Assembly: GCF_009914755.1 (NCBI RefSeq)
Contig: NC_060933.1
DNA: 64,000 nucleotides
Origin: the human T2T-CHM13v2.0 reference genome, Homo sapiens
Strand: one strand, 5' to 3'
Shown piece by piece: positions 41,660-55,575 of the stretch (positions within the stretch are counted from its first letter, which is position 1; the number at the start of each line of letters is the position of its first letter). A program made the translations under genes and the position numbers. A model generated the notes under the pieces. It was not told the origin of the DNA. It did not search any database and saw only the letters and a program-made list of their open reading frames with translations.

Positions 41660-44600
41660 CTGAGTAGAATCATAAAGATAAATATATTTTTCACACATAC
41701 TTGGAAACATATTTTGTAACACAGCTTTTATTGTGGTTAAGTGAAGATAGTAAATTTTACAATAAGCAACACTGGGACCACTGGTCTCCATAAGGGGGAA
41801 AAAAGGAAATTGAAACTTAATCCCATAGACCAAACCTAAAAATATATTTTAATGGATAAAGATACCTTCTCAACATTCTTAGAAAAAAACTGTGGAGCAT
41901 CTCTTTTATCTTTACATAGGGAAGAAGAACAAACGGCAAGAGTAAAAACTAACTTGATCACATAAAAATTTAAGACTTCTGTTTATTGGATACCGCAATG
42001 AGAAAAAAATATGCAAAACTTGGCAGAGATATTTGCAACACATGTTACCTAGACAGGTTTAGTATCCAGAATATATAAAGCTCTCCTATAAATTAATAAG
42101 TGAAAAATAACACCTCAAGAAGTTAGCATAAATAGCCCATAAGCATGTGAAAAAGTGCTCAACCTAATAATAATCATGAAAATGAAAATTAACAATTAGA
42201 TACCCTTTCACACATATTGACAAAATTTTTTGGAAGTTCTGAAAGGTGTAGTATTGGCAAGGATAAAGAACCGTGGAAGCATTCATCCCATGCAAGTAGA
42301 AGGACAGCCATTTGGAAAACGGATGTTAGCTCATACAGCTGATCATGCATGTACCCTATGACCCAGTGGCTTCACTACAACCTAGTGCAATCTAGTCAGC
42401 CTGTTACAGGCCCCAGAAAAATTCTTGCATTTGTTTACCTAGGGATATATGAGAATGTTCACAATTTTAAAAACCTGGAAACAATCCAGTTATCTCTCAA
42501 TATGGGTAGATTGTGGAATAGGTAACTAAATGATCATATATTCCAATAATAGAGTACCTCGCAGCACTAAGAGTGAATGAACTGCAGCTACTCACATTCT
42601 CAAACACAGCACTGCAATGAGATACTACTGCATGCATATTAGAATGGCAAAAATCCAGAACTCTGACAACACCAAATGCTGATGAGGATGTGAAGCAACA
42701 GGAACTCTCATTCAGTGCTGATGGAAATACAAAATGGAGAATAGTTTTGTGGCATCTTAGAAAACTAAATCTACTCTTATTATACGACCCCGCAATCTTG
42801 TTTCTTGGTATATACCCAAAGGAGTTGAAAACTTATGTCCACACAGAAACCTGCACACAGATGTTTATGGACGTTTTATTTATAATTGCAAAAATTTGGA
42901 GACAAGCAAGATTACCTTCAGTAGGTGAATAATTAAACAAACTGTATTACATCCAGACAACTGAATACCATTCAATGATAAAATAAATGGCTGTCAAGCC
43001 ATGAAAAGACACAGTGGAAGCTTACATGCATACTGCAGAATGAAAGAAGCCAATCTAAAAAGGCTACATATGTCACTTCCAACTTTATGACCTTCTGGAA
43101 AAGGTAATACTATAGAAATAGAAAAAAAAATCAGTGGTTCCCAGGAGTTAGGAGGAAGAGAGGGATGAATAACCAGAGCACAGAGGATGCTTAAGGCAGT
43201 GAAAGTACGTGTATGATATTTTAATAGTGAATACTTGTCATTGTAAATTTGTCCAAGCCCAAGTGTGAACCTTAATGCAAACTATAAGATGTATCATGTA
43301 GGTTCTTTAATTGTAACAAATGCACCACTCTGGTGGGGGATGTTTATTATGGGGGAGGCTATGCATGTGTGGGGGACAGGGAGTATATGGGAAATCTATA
43401 CCTGCTGCTCAGTTTTGCTGTGAACTTTGAACTGCTCTTAAAAATAATGTGTGTATGTGTGTATATATACATACATATACATGTTTGTGTGTATGCATAT
43501 CTGATCATAAGAAACAATACATAGTTTCACTTATTTAAAAAGTCAAATGTGCAAAACTAAACAATATACAAGTCTGTAATGACAAGCAATGGAATGATTA
43601 ACAGGAAGTTAGGGATAGTGGTTACCTCTTGTGGAAGGAGTGAGTGGCATTGTAGAAGGGCAATGGGAGTTTCTAAGATACTGGAAATATTCTATTTCAT
43701 AACCTGAAGGAAGGACACATATGCTCATTTTATATTCTTCTTAAGCTGTACATACACACTTTTATATTTATGATCTATTTCATTAAGTAATAAGACAATT
43801 AAATATATGCATTTTTAAATAAGTGAGATTAACAAATTTTTGGATACATTTAACTTATTAAAGTTGACTCAAATAATTAGAAAATCTGGATGGAAATCAT
43901 ACCATTAAAGTAATTGAGTTGATAATTAATAATTCTACAAAGAAAACAGGATGCCCAGATGATGTCACAAGTAGTTCCAATGTTACACTAATTATTTGCG
44001 AGGGGAGAAAAAAGAGGCCATTCTTCAATTCATTTGAGACTAGGGTAACCTTGCTATTGTGTACCTCATCCATGCACACAGAGACAAATATTGTAAACAA
44101 AATACTAGGAAGTATACCTAGCAAAGTATAAAAACCATGAACAAGCTCGGTTAGTAATACAAATTTAGTTCAATGTTAGAAAATCTACTGAAATCATCTC
44201 CTTATCAATGAATTAAAGACAAAAGTTATATGATTGTCTCAAAAGGCCTATAAAATTATTTTACAAAAATTAAATAATTCATGATATTTCCACCTATGAA
44301 TAAAGGGTAATTTCCTTAACCTGATAAAAGGAGTCAACAAATAACCTACAGCACCTATCATGTTTTGTGATTAAAAATATCGAAATCACTCCTTTTAAAA
44401 TCAAGAAAAAGACAAGAGTACCATTGTCACTAAACTGCTTCCAAAGCTTATACGGAAGATAAAAGGGCCCAGTATAACTAAGACAATCCCATAGAAGACT
44501 AAAGTGTGTGAAGGTGGGAGGTGGAGCTTATGTGAGTCTATCACGTACCAGATTTACTGTGAAGTTATAATTACCACAGCAGGAATTGCTATTGTGAAAG

Positions 44601-44835
44601 TGTATGCTTGTGTGAAATCTTGATGTATGCCCTGGCTAACATTACAGAACAGTCAGAAAGGGTCTATATAATCCATGGTATGAGCAGTTGGTATCCATAT
44701 GGGAAAATATCAGAATGGATCTCTATCCCAAAAATGGATCGCTATCACACAAAGGCCAGATCTAAATGGACAAAGGACTTAAATTTGAGATGCAAATATT
44801 TAAAAATCTTTTAGAAGAAAATATAGGAGGGTAAC
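41660..44835 (+). mobile_element. Nested old L1 fragments (L1ME-like, hosting an L1MC-type 3' end at ~42617-43447)
   Basis: L1 3' motifs: LLYDPAILFLGIYPKELKTYVH; ggggaggctatgcatgtgtggggg...aactgctcttaaaaataa. Confidence 0.7.
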
Positions 44836-45424
44836 TTATTACATGCCACACCTACTATGTGTACTTTGTACGATGCAAGTGTTGTATATGAGTGTAGTAT
44901 GTTAAGTGTAGATGCCTCTAAGCAGTATATGCATGCTTGCTACTTTACACACGTGAAACACTGGGAATGGGAGCATGAGAGGAAACCCTAGGTCATTCTG
45001 GTCTCCAGACTGCTGCTCCTGCCCACCCCCGGTTCCAGCACTCCCTTCCCCATTCTCCTATACAGATCCTCTGTTCCCGGCACAGCCACTTACAGCAGCT
45101 CAAGCCAGCGGCACCCACGGAGAGGCCCTCTTCACCCTACTGCTGGGCTGTCATGTCCCCTTTCTTTTCTTTCTGAAAAACAGTTTTCTCTGCCTGTGAC
45201 TCCTCATGTTTCACTCTCTCTAAAGCACACGGAAGCCCGGTTCCCTCCTCTGCTTTATCAGACCTGTTGCTGTGAGTTCCACTAGTGACCCTGCATGACA
45301 AATTCGGAGGTTTGCTCCCTTTTGCATAGCGTAAAATGTTTACCTCGTGACCTACTTGATAAATACAATTTTATAATTGTTAAGCTATCTATATATTCTG
45401 TATCTGTTTTAAAAATTATGTATA

Positions 45425-45760
<336 letters not shown>

Positions 45761-46544
45761 TTATTCCATAAAACTGCTCTCCATATGTGTAATATGTTTC
45801 TACTTCACACATAGTTTTGATCAAAGATTAATCTATTGCATACTTTTCTTAGTAATTAATAAAACTCAGCTTGGATTTCTCTAGCCAGATAAAACACCTT
45901 ATACTAAATGAATCAATCAAAGCTCTTTGTTGGAGTGAGATCTGAAAGCTTTCGCTCAAGCTGGCTGCCTCAGCTTCACAGCATCAAATAATGGAGGGAG
46001 AAGTGGAGGCTGACATGCAGCAAGAATGACTGTGTGTGTGTTGGAGAGATATTTTGTTTAATTCATTTACAAGATACTCATGCCACACTGCTACGTGCCA
46101 AACAGCTGTTCTTGCTACTTGGTAAAAATTAATCATCTAATAGTTGAAAAGTTAATTGTTGTAATGTGACTTCAGTATGGCCACTCTCCGGGATTGGGAG
46201 CCAAAAAAAAAAAAAAGCATCACCATCATGATTGAGAAATGGAGTTACTGGCAGTAGTGGAGCAAACCACGATTCTGCACTTGGACACAGAATTATTCCT
46301 GACAAGATCCTGGCTCTTAACTCTTCCACCAAAACTGAGTCTGCAGCTCCCACACTGAAATGCTGCTCATTTCACCCCAAGTGTGTTCCAGCCGTTCCTT
46401 CTTCTTCTCCTTCCTACCAGCTCTGTAATGTCTCCATCACAATGCTAAGGTCAGGGTCAATGGCACCTCTTTTTAGAAACTTTCTGAGAGCCCTGGAAAG
46501 TAATCTCTTCTTGTTCTTATTCCATGATCTCCTGTACGTTCTTT

Positions 46545-46576
46545 TTCTTTTTTTTTTGAGACGGAGTCTCGCTCTG
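46545..46576 (-). mobile_element. Extremely 5'-truncated Alu (about 20 nt of body plus tail)
   Basis: Poly-T + gagacggagtctcgctctg, flanked by a 13-bp TSD ctgtac(g/c)ttcttt. Confidence 0.8.
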
Positions 46577-47639
46577 CTGTACCTTCTTTAAATCACTGAT
46601 GATCATTTGTGTAGATGAGTTGTCTCCGTGTGTGTCTGACCTTTCTCCCAGTTGGTGAGTTTTGGAATCCAGGAAGCATTTTAGTAAAGTAATAGTTTTT
46701 AGTAATTTAGTTCACCTCTGTGCACCCTACAGCCGTTTCTCACATGTTGGGGCTGCCCAGTGAGCACTTGCTGAGGGAAACTGCAGGGAGACTTGCAGGT
46801 CAGGTTCACTGAGCCAGAAAGTGAAGCAAACTGAGAGGGCAAAGTGCATGAAACTGGCTGAAATATACGAACACACTGGGGAAACAAACATCTCCGGCCT
46901 CTGTGGAGGCGGAACACAGTTGCTGAGGTCTGTGATTCAGCAGCACCCACCTGGCAAAGCATGCCCAGCATCGGGCTTCGTTCTCCCATAGTGCTTTCAT
47001 GGCGAGGAAGAAAAGCTATACATACTAACATGGGCCAGCTGGAAACCACAACTATATAGTATTGCTTTTCAGCTTTTCAGCTGGAATTCCGAAAGAACTC
47101 TGAGGTCATGTAGAATGCGGCATACTGTTAGATGGGGCCTGGGTGGGCTTGGTGTTACAGGACCTGCCCCAGGTCATGGTCTGTGGTGCGGAGGGAGGGT
47201 GTGATTTCCCATCCCCTTCTTATCTCTTTGTCCCATCTTTTTTGCCCTGTACACACATGATCGTCCTCAATATCTTAAGTAGGATCTCCCATATAGCTAA
47301 AATTGATATTGGCATCTAAAGTATGCCTAACTTAGCTGAATATTTGGCCTTTGCCTTTAAAGGATCTGTAAGTTATTGGGATGAGACCAAGGAGAAAAAG
47401 GAAGACCATAGATAAGCATAATCTGCCATCCAATAATTTCATGACATGCTTATCCTTGGAATAAAGTTGACCTGTTATCAGGAAACTGTCCCACCATTTT
47501 TTTTGCATGTAGAGACCTCCATTGCTATGGCCTCCATTGTAATGGGCTGTCATTGGGTTTGAAAAAAGTCTACATGTTGATTTTCATGGCAATAAAAGAG
47601 TCAGAGGTGCAAGCTGGAACAAGGTGCTCGCCAAAGCTA

Positions 47640-47975
47640 GGCCTTTCCCCTCCCTCAGGAACTGGCAACAAGAGCAAGAGTTAGCTTCCTGAATGTTTGC
47701 ATTTCAAAGAGAGAACTCTCAGGTCTTTGAGGAGACAATTCTGGGATGTAGATTTACACTTCAAAGGTGGAGAAAAATTTATAATTGCAAGCTTTCTAAG
47801 GTTCTAAGAGGGGATTCGGGGCTCTACCTGCCCATCACCAGGTTTTGCCTGAAACAAACAGTAAATTTTCTTTGCAAGTGAGCTTTTTCAGGCAGTCATT
47901 TTAAGAGGGCTGGGGTCATCCGCGGGACACCCTTGTGCTGCCGGAAGCCTCACTAGCGTTTGGTCCTCTCTTTGG
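47640..47975 (-). mobile_element. MER4-group ERV1 LTR remnant (MER87/90/92-like)
   Basis: Reverse complement is similar to 49230-49830 (aatttactgtttgt, ttagaaa.c.tgcaattataaa, aaagac.tg.gag). Confidence 0.55.
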
Positions 47976-48364
47976 ACAGGGGTTTGGAAGTAGTTAAGTA
48001 CTGCGAGGCCTGCATTCTCATGACCAAAGCTCACAAATGCCCATTTCTTTATTTCTTTCATTTTAATCTTTGAAATATTTATGTGTCTCTTAACACCTCT
48101 TGGAAATTTCCATCCCTTTCGAGCTATGTTCCAGTCAAACCAAACAAAGCGTGGCCCAGCAGCCCTGGGGAGTCTCTGGGTGAAGGGGAGATGAGCACAC
48201 AAATGTTGAGAGTTTGAGAACCCCTGGCCTTGATTTTTATAATAGTTGGTCAAGTGGTCATCAGTGAAATCCACAGGGATTCCCTGAGAGTGTATAGCTT
48301 TGGCATGATGGTTGCTGTAATCTGAAGGGGAAAGTAGAAGTTTACATGTGAGTACTGAAGAAGC

Positions 48365-48510
48365 TTGAGACAGAGTCTCGCTCTGTCACCCAGGCTGGAT
48401 GAAGTGGGGCCATCTGGGCTCACTGCAACCTCCGCAATTCTCCTGCCTCAGCCTCCCCAGTAGCTGGGATTACAGGCTCCTGCCACCACGTCCAGCTAAT
48501 TATTTTTTTC
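48365..48510 (-). mobile_element. Alu right-arm fragment with deletions
   Basis: gagacagagtctcgctctgtcacccaggctgg...ccagctaatt; no tail and no left arm. Confidence 0.85.
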
Positions 48511-49169
48511 TTTAAAATTAGTTTTTATTTAAAAAGTACAAATAGCACTTTACTTTTACTTTTGCAAAAAGTAAAGAAATGGTGTTTTGTTACAAAAATT
48601 AAACAAATAAATTTTGGATTGTAGAAAATTCATTAAAAACTCAAGTTTTAATTCAGTTAAAATCCATCTAGTGCTGTAAGTGTGGCTGTTGGCAGATGTC
48701 TTATTTATTTTTCATATATTAATTTATATTATTAATAACTAATTTTTTATTTATTATTCGTGAGCCCTTTCCCATGACAACTTCTTGGAAATTTCTTTCT
48801 CTCCCACTGACCTAGTATTATCTCTCAGGCATTCTTATTTAAAGTTTTTCCTCTCATTATTCCCTTCTTCACCATCATTCCCAGGTTGGTTACAAAGAAC
48901 TAATTTAATGACCCATTTACTCTGAAGGGAGGCGCAAGAAGTGAAGCTTCTTTCTGAGGCCTTAAGGGATCTCACCTCCTTAAATCTCTGTTTTCCTACC
49001 CCTACTTCAGATATTATTGAGACATTATGTTTTCTTCCTCTACCTTCAGAAACTTCAGTATCAACAGGTCCAGATCTGCCTAAGCCCTCAGATGAGTCTG
49101 CAAACAATCATTGTGTCAACATTTGACTCATGCCTTGCAGATGATCCCAGGCACCACTGTCTTAACCTG

Positions 49170-50005
49170 TGAAAACCATAAATTCTTGGCACAAACAACT
49201 TCTTCTGCACATCCCTCCTCCTCATACATACACTAAGAGACTTGGCCAAATTCCAACACAGTGTCTATCAGCTCCGAGCCACGTCCCTACGATGCCCCAT
49301 ACCCCTCTAAAGCACCTGCCTGGGAACATTCAATTCTGCCAAAAGAATTTACTGTTTGTCCTGCCCAAAACTTGACTATAGGTCCCTGACCTCCCATTTC
49401 TAAGAGGTTTAACTTTAGAAAACCTGCAATGGCCAGGCGTGGTGGCTCACACCTGTTATCCCAGCACTTTTGGAGGCCGAGGAGGGCAGATCACGAGGTC
49501 AAGAGATCGAGAACATTTTGGCCAACATGGTGAAACCCTGTCTCTACTAAAAAGAGAAAAATTAGCTGGGCGTCATGGCACACACACGCAATCCCAGCTA
49601 CTCAGCAAGCTGAGGCAGGAGAATCTCTTGAACCTGGGAGGCGGAGGTTGCAGTGAGCCGAGATTGTGCTCAGAGTGAGATTCTGTCTGGAAAAAAAAAA
49701 AAAAAAAAGACAGATAACCTGCAGTTATAAACCCTTTCTCTGCCCCTTTAAATCTCCTACAACATGGAAATGTCTTTCTGAAAGACTTGGGAGCCATCCC
49801 TTTGGACTATAAGGATCAAGAAGGATACAGGATTGTCTCCTGGTCTCTGTCTCTGCGTAGGAACCTAATTTTGATAAGCACTATTAGCAAACACAGATGG
49901 CCTCATCACATTGACCAACCTTTCCCCAAACATCAGTCCATGCTTTTCCTTTAGCACACTCCAACATTTGCAGAGCCTCTTGCTTTTTGTTTCAGTGAAG
50001 TTGAG
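49170..50005 (+). mobile_element. MER4-group ERV1 LTR remnant, interrupted by AluSc (49431-49708)
   Basis: gccaaaagaatttactgtttg, gggagccatccctttg, ttagcaaacacagatggcc; Alu TSD aga(a/t)aacctgca(a/g)t. Confidence 0.6.
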
Positions 50006-50684
50006 GCTTTCTAACATACTATAAATTGATATGTCTACTTATTGATTAGAAGACAGAAATTAATCACTGGATTTCATTATCACGCTGACTTTTAGGATTA
50101 AAAGCAGCCTGTGGTTACAGATGCAACATCTTTACATTTCTAAGAAAAACAGGAGAGATTTGTCTTTGGCTCCTTTGGACCTCACTGATTAATGGAAAAG
50201 AGAGGATTGAGTAGGTTTGGATGATACAGCACAACTCAGTTTAAAGTTCCAGGCAAAGAAAGCAACGGTTATTTTTCACTCCAGAGAGTGAATCATTCTT
50301 TGGGGCCACAAAAGAGAAGATTTGAAGAATAAGCAGGGACATCTAGAAGGTGGCTGAGTGTACTCCATCGGGTTAAATTAAGCTATTTTGTTGTTGTTCA
50401 AATAGCTTCCCCACATGGTACATTTCATATCTAAAGTGTTATTCCCTCTCCCATCATTTTATTACATACGCAATATCTGGCTGAGAACCTCTTTCTTGCC
50501 CTCCTTCTTACTGGTTAAGAACACAGACAGTCCTCTCTTTGCACAGCAGTGCAGGGCCATACAAATCACTATGCAAGCTGAAGATCTGTAAAGTGACCTA
50601 AACAATCCATGTGAAACATCGACTGTTCTGTGTCATTTAAAAATTTTGGCCAAAACATTAAAAATCTCTTACTGTTGGTTATAA

Positions 50685-51012
<328 letters not shown>

Positions 51013-51611
51013 AGTACTTAGTTTATACACTGTAATTTAAAACATTAAACAACAGCCAATTAAAGTGCTTTATTTATTTATAGACGTGTATCAAGCCCAG
51101 TTTGAAAAGTGCTTGCCTCCCTCTTGTCGTATAGCTTATGATAAGGAACCAGCAGTGTTTCTATGCCTTGGTGAACTGTCGTGCTGTTTTCGGAACAGCA
51201 TCTAACATTGTCAACGTCATGCAATATCTACAAGAGTTCCTTTAATATGAAGTTTGTTGCTGTCTTTGCCGGCATCACTTCCTCTGGGGCTTCTTCATCC
51301 TTTTAATCACAGCTGCGTTCCTCATTTATGTCAGAACACTGCGTTGCGCCGAGTTCCTCTTGCCGCGTTTCCTGTGGTGAGCCAATTCTATGATTCCATT
51401 TACATTGTATTTGAATCCACTTCCAGGGTTATCACATTTTTTATTTCTTTGCTGCACATCAATGGTTGTTGACAAGTTTTTTCTTCTGATTATTCATATT
51501 TATAAATGTCACATGGGTTTCTCACTGGGAGACAAGGAATCAACACGATTGCAGACTTTGCTGTCTGTGTGCGAACTAGCTGATGCACATTGATCAGTCA
51601 CTGGCAGGCTT

Positions 51612-52075
51612 TGAAGGAAGTGAATTGTGTTCCCCAAAAAAGATATGTTTGAAATCCTAATCCCCAATATCTCCAAATAATATCAGCTTATTTGGAAATA
51701 GCACATTTACAGAGGTTCTCAAGTTAAAATGAGGTCATTAGGGTGGGTCCTAATCCAATAGACTAACTGGTGTCTTATAGTGAAGGAGAATTTGGATACA
51801 GCTCCAGACACACACACACAAAAGACGATGTGAAGACACACTGAGAAAATGCAGTGACATATCTGTAGGTCAAACAACACCAAGGATGGCTGGCAAACCC
51901 AAACAGGAAGGAGAGGGGAAGAAGGATTCTCCCCTAGAGCCAGCAGAGAGCATGAACCTACCAACACATTGCTTTTTGACTTCTAGCCTCCACAACTACG
52001 AGTCAATACATTTCTGTTGTTTTAAGCAACCCGGTTTTTTGTACTTTGTTGCAGCATCCCCACAAGATTAATACA
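51612..52075 (+). mobile_element. MLT1B/C MaLR solo LTR
   Basis: gaattgtgttccccaaaaaagatatg...gaggtcattagggtgggtcctaatcca...tactttgttgcagc...taataca. Confidence 0.82.
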
Positions 52076-54859
52076 GTCCCTGATCATGATGCTTGTCTGT
52101 TATTTACTCACACAGGCATTTGTGGAATTAAGAGCTGGGAATGAAGTTTGGATTTTATGCAGTTGCTCACAGTTAGCATATGGTGGTAACCGAAATTGTA
52201 ACCAGGTTGTTGGGAGACTAGTGCTATTTAACTAAACTATGTTAATTAAACCTGTGCATATTCAAATGTGCAAAGCCAGGACTGTTTTTACTTAGTTCAG
52301 GTATTTAGAGGGAAAGAATGTTTGCCTCTTTTCAGGGCTTTGGAGCATGCCCTGTGCCAGCAGGCCCCTTCCACAGCTACTTAACATCTCTTCTCGTCTT
52401 ACTAGCCACCTCTCAACTCAGATGACCAGCAAGGCCATCTTTGACTATCAGAATGAAGTAGCCCGTCTCCACTTTTGATTACATTCATTTGCTTTATTGT
52501 CTTTACAGCATTTTTATTTACTAAAATAATAGTCTTTCATTACTTGATTCTTACCTTGATTCAGTACTTCTAAAAAATGCAGATTACAATTCAAATGAGA
52601 AACCAAGTTGACTAACGTTAAAACGTTTGATACTATTAAGTATTGTTGAGAATATAGATCTACCAGAACCTTTAACTTCTCATGGGAGCATAAATTGGAA
52701 AACAGTTCATTTTAACGTAGTAAAACCAACAGTATACAAATCTTTTGACACAATTATTTGAATGTTGGGTTTATACCTTAGAGAAAATCTACCTTTTATG
52801 TCCAGGAGACTCATACAAGAAAAGGACATCTAGTTTTGTAATAGAAAAAAATGGATAACCCCAATCTAATAAAATGGAATGCTCATTATAGTATTATCCT
52901 GTGATGGAATACTCTAAATCAATGCACAGAAAGTACAGACAAACATATCATAAGAATGAATTTTACAAATTAAATATTGAACCAAAAAGCAATTTCAGAA
53001 AAATATATTCAGTGTGATTCCATTTGTTTAAACTGAAAAATATGTGAAACAATAATGCTCAATGTCCTTTACTAATGCATTTATTTTGGCAAAATTATAA
53101 AGATAAGAAATGGGACTCATTAACAGGACAGTGTTAAGGACTCTAAAAATACGGGTAGTTTTTTATTCTTAGGCAGGTAATGTGTACATCAGTGTTCATT
53201 TTATTATTTCTTACACTGTCTTCATGACTTACACATAATATTTTGCTAGTTTTAAAACATAAGATGTGATAATAATCTAAACAGACCAAAGGAAAAAAAT
53301 GAATATGTTAAAAAAAAGACAGAGAATGAGCCCTGTCTGATAGAAAGCATAACAAAGCAAGTAGAAGAACTCTCACGAATGCTTGATCCAATAAAGCTAG
53401 GTTTGTGCTCCACAACACTTCAGCATTTTAATGTGATTTTTGATGTTTGCTTTTTGCAACGGTGATTCCCAGTTGCCTCCCTCCTATGTCTTTACAAGCT
53501 GAAATCAAGTGAAGCTACTTCTGACTTTTTCTAAAACTAAAACACAACATGAAGGTCTGCGTATTCTTTCACATGTGCACATATGTGGCACTTTTCCATG
53601 ATGCAACAGCAGCGGGTCTCTAGCTAAGCTACAGCAGCAGCTCTAAGAGGCAGGGGACCCTGAAACGAGGCTGAAAAAAAGAATAGTCCATAACTGACAT
53701 CAGGCAGGCTGCTGTTGTAAGCAAAGAAAGGAGGCTCACAGGGGCGTGGACTCAGGCCAGATCAGGCTATTGTGGGAGAACACGGAGCACATGTGTCAGC
53801 TGGAAAGGGGCCGGCTCAGGAGACAAAATAGGCACGAGAGGAAACCCAAAAATTGACATACATGACTATCCTTGTAGAAATGTATAAAGGTTTGGATTAT
53901 TTTGCTTATCGAGTTATAATAAAGTTATTCTAAAAATGTTTATGTAAAGTATTATGTACATTTTTGTTACCTTATAAAGATTATTTATATTTGAGTTGTG
54001 TGGTTTTGGAATGACAGTATTTGTAAACTTGGTTTTGACATTCTCTACGATGCTTAATGAAGAAACTGACATTTAAAGCGATTCATTAATTCTCTTTGGT
54101 CAGTAGCTGAGCTGGGACAGAGTTCAGGTTTTCTGATTCTCAGCCTATGTTGTTTTCTCTTCATTTTAATGTGAACCTAAATATGTATAGGATCTAGACA
54201 AATATGACATGTAGTGCCTTATTTCTTGTTTTCTCTGTAATGAATGGCAGGTGAGATAACTTTATTTACAGAAGCCATCCAGTGGCTCAGGTTGCATCAG
54301 GTTGCCTTTGAATCATTTATTCAACGTCAGGATGGTAAAGTGAGGAGCTTCCCCAAACTGAAGCAGAGTGGCATCTGTCCCAGGTTGTAGAGTATTCCCT
54401 GCCATAAATAAAGACATGCTGGTTCTTGTTATTTATACAGGCACTGGGGTTCCCATTAGCTCTTACATTTCATATGCTTAGAGCAAGAAGCTAGAGAGTG
54501 ACTTAGGATACAGTGTAAATATATTAGTAAATTAAGACAGTTCTGCAAGATTTTTAGGACTTCTATTTTTCTTCTATTCATCATTTATGAAGTATTCTTG
54601 CTAGAAATAGTTTATGTCTCTCTATCTTGCTGAGTGATGAATACTCGGCCAGGATGCTAAAATGTGGTTTCATGAAGTATGTTGTGTTTCTGTCTGTTCT
54701 TGTTTCCTTCCTTGAAATGTGTAAAAGTGAAAAACATACTAATCATAAATCAGGTATTCATCATAAGCCTAAAAAAAGATAAAATAATCAGTAGTATCAT
54801 TGACTAAAATTATTACTCACCAAAAGAAACTCACTCCAAAGTTAGCGCAATACTAACAG

Positions 54860-54947
54860 AGAATACAAGTTTTGCCAGGAATCACTGAGGCTTAGTACCT
54901 CACATGGGAAACATGGGAAGTAAAACCACCTGAGGAGCCACTTGATG
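54860..54947 (+). ncRNA. Candidate internal exon of the CpG-island transcript (acceptor before 54860 or 54879)
   Basis: TACTAAC at 54851-54857, AGs at 54858-59 and 54877-78 (ttttgccag|G), strong donor ATG|GTGAGT at 54948. Confidence 0.45.
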
Positions 54948-55132
54948 GTGAGTCAGGCTGTTCCTCAAAGAGTAGGCTGTGACTGCCAAACTTTGTAGGT
55001 TAAGGAGTATTTATAATGATCTTTGAGGAAACTGCAACTGACAATTGAGGGAAAAAATGTTAGTTCATGACTGCAAAATACATGACAGAGTCACAAAAAC
55101 TATTTTACAAGTTTAAAAAAAAAACCTGATGC

Positions 55133-55575
55133 TGATGCAAGGTAGGCGAACCCCAAAGTGGTGCTTAGCCTGCAAGGGTTCTTGGCTTCACCCAGGAAAG
55201 GATTCAAGGGCGAGCCAGTGGTAAGGTGGAAGAAAACACCTTTATCAAAGCAGCACTGTTACAGCTCCTGCAGGGTCACAGCTCAGTGACTGCTCCCAGG
55301 GTTGCCCCATAGGCAGGGTGCCGAGAGTAGCAGCTGAGCCCAGTTTTGCTGTCATATGTATACCTACTTTTAATTACATGTAGATTCAGGGGTGGTTTGT
55401 GCAGAAATTGCTAGGAAAAGGGTGGTAACTTTTGGGTCATCAGGTCATTGCTGCTGAAAGTGGTGGTAATGCCTGAGTGTTGCCATGGCAATGGTAAACT
55501 GACAGGGCACACTGGTGGGTGTGTCTTACAGAAAGCTGCTTCCACCCTGTCCTTGTTTAGCTAGCCCTCAATTTT
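55133..55575 (-). mobile_element. MER66-type ERV1 LTR lacking its first ~50 bp
   Basis: tgatgcaaggtaggcgaaccccaaa...gttcttggcttcacccaggaaaggattcaagggcgagcc...gctagccctcaatt. Confidence 0.75.
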
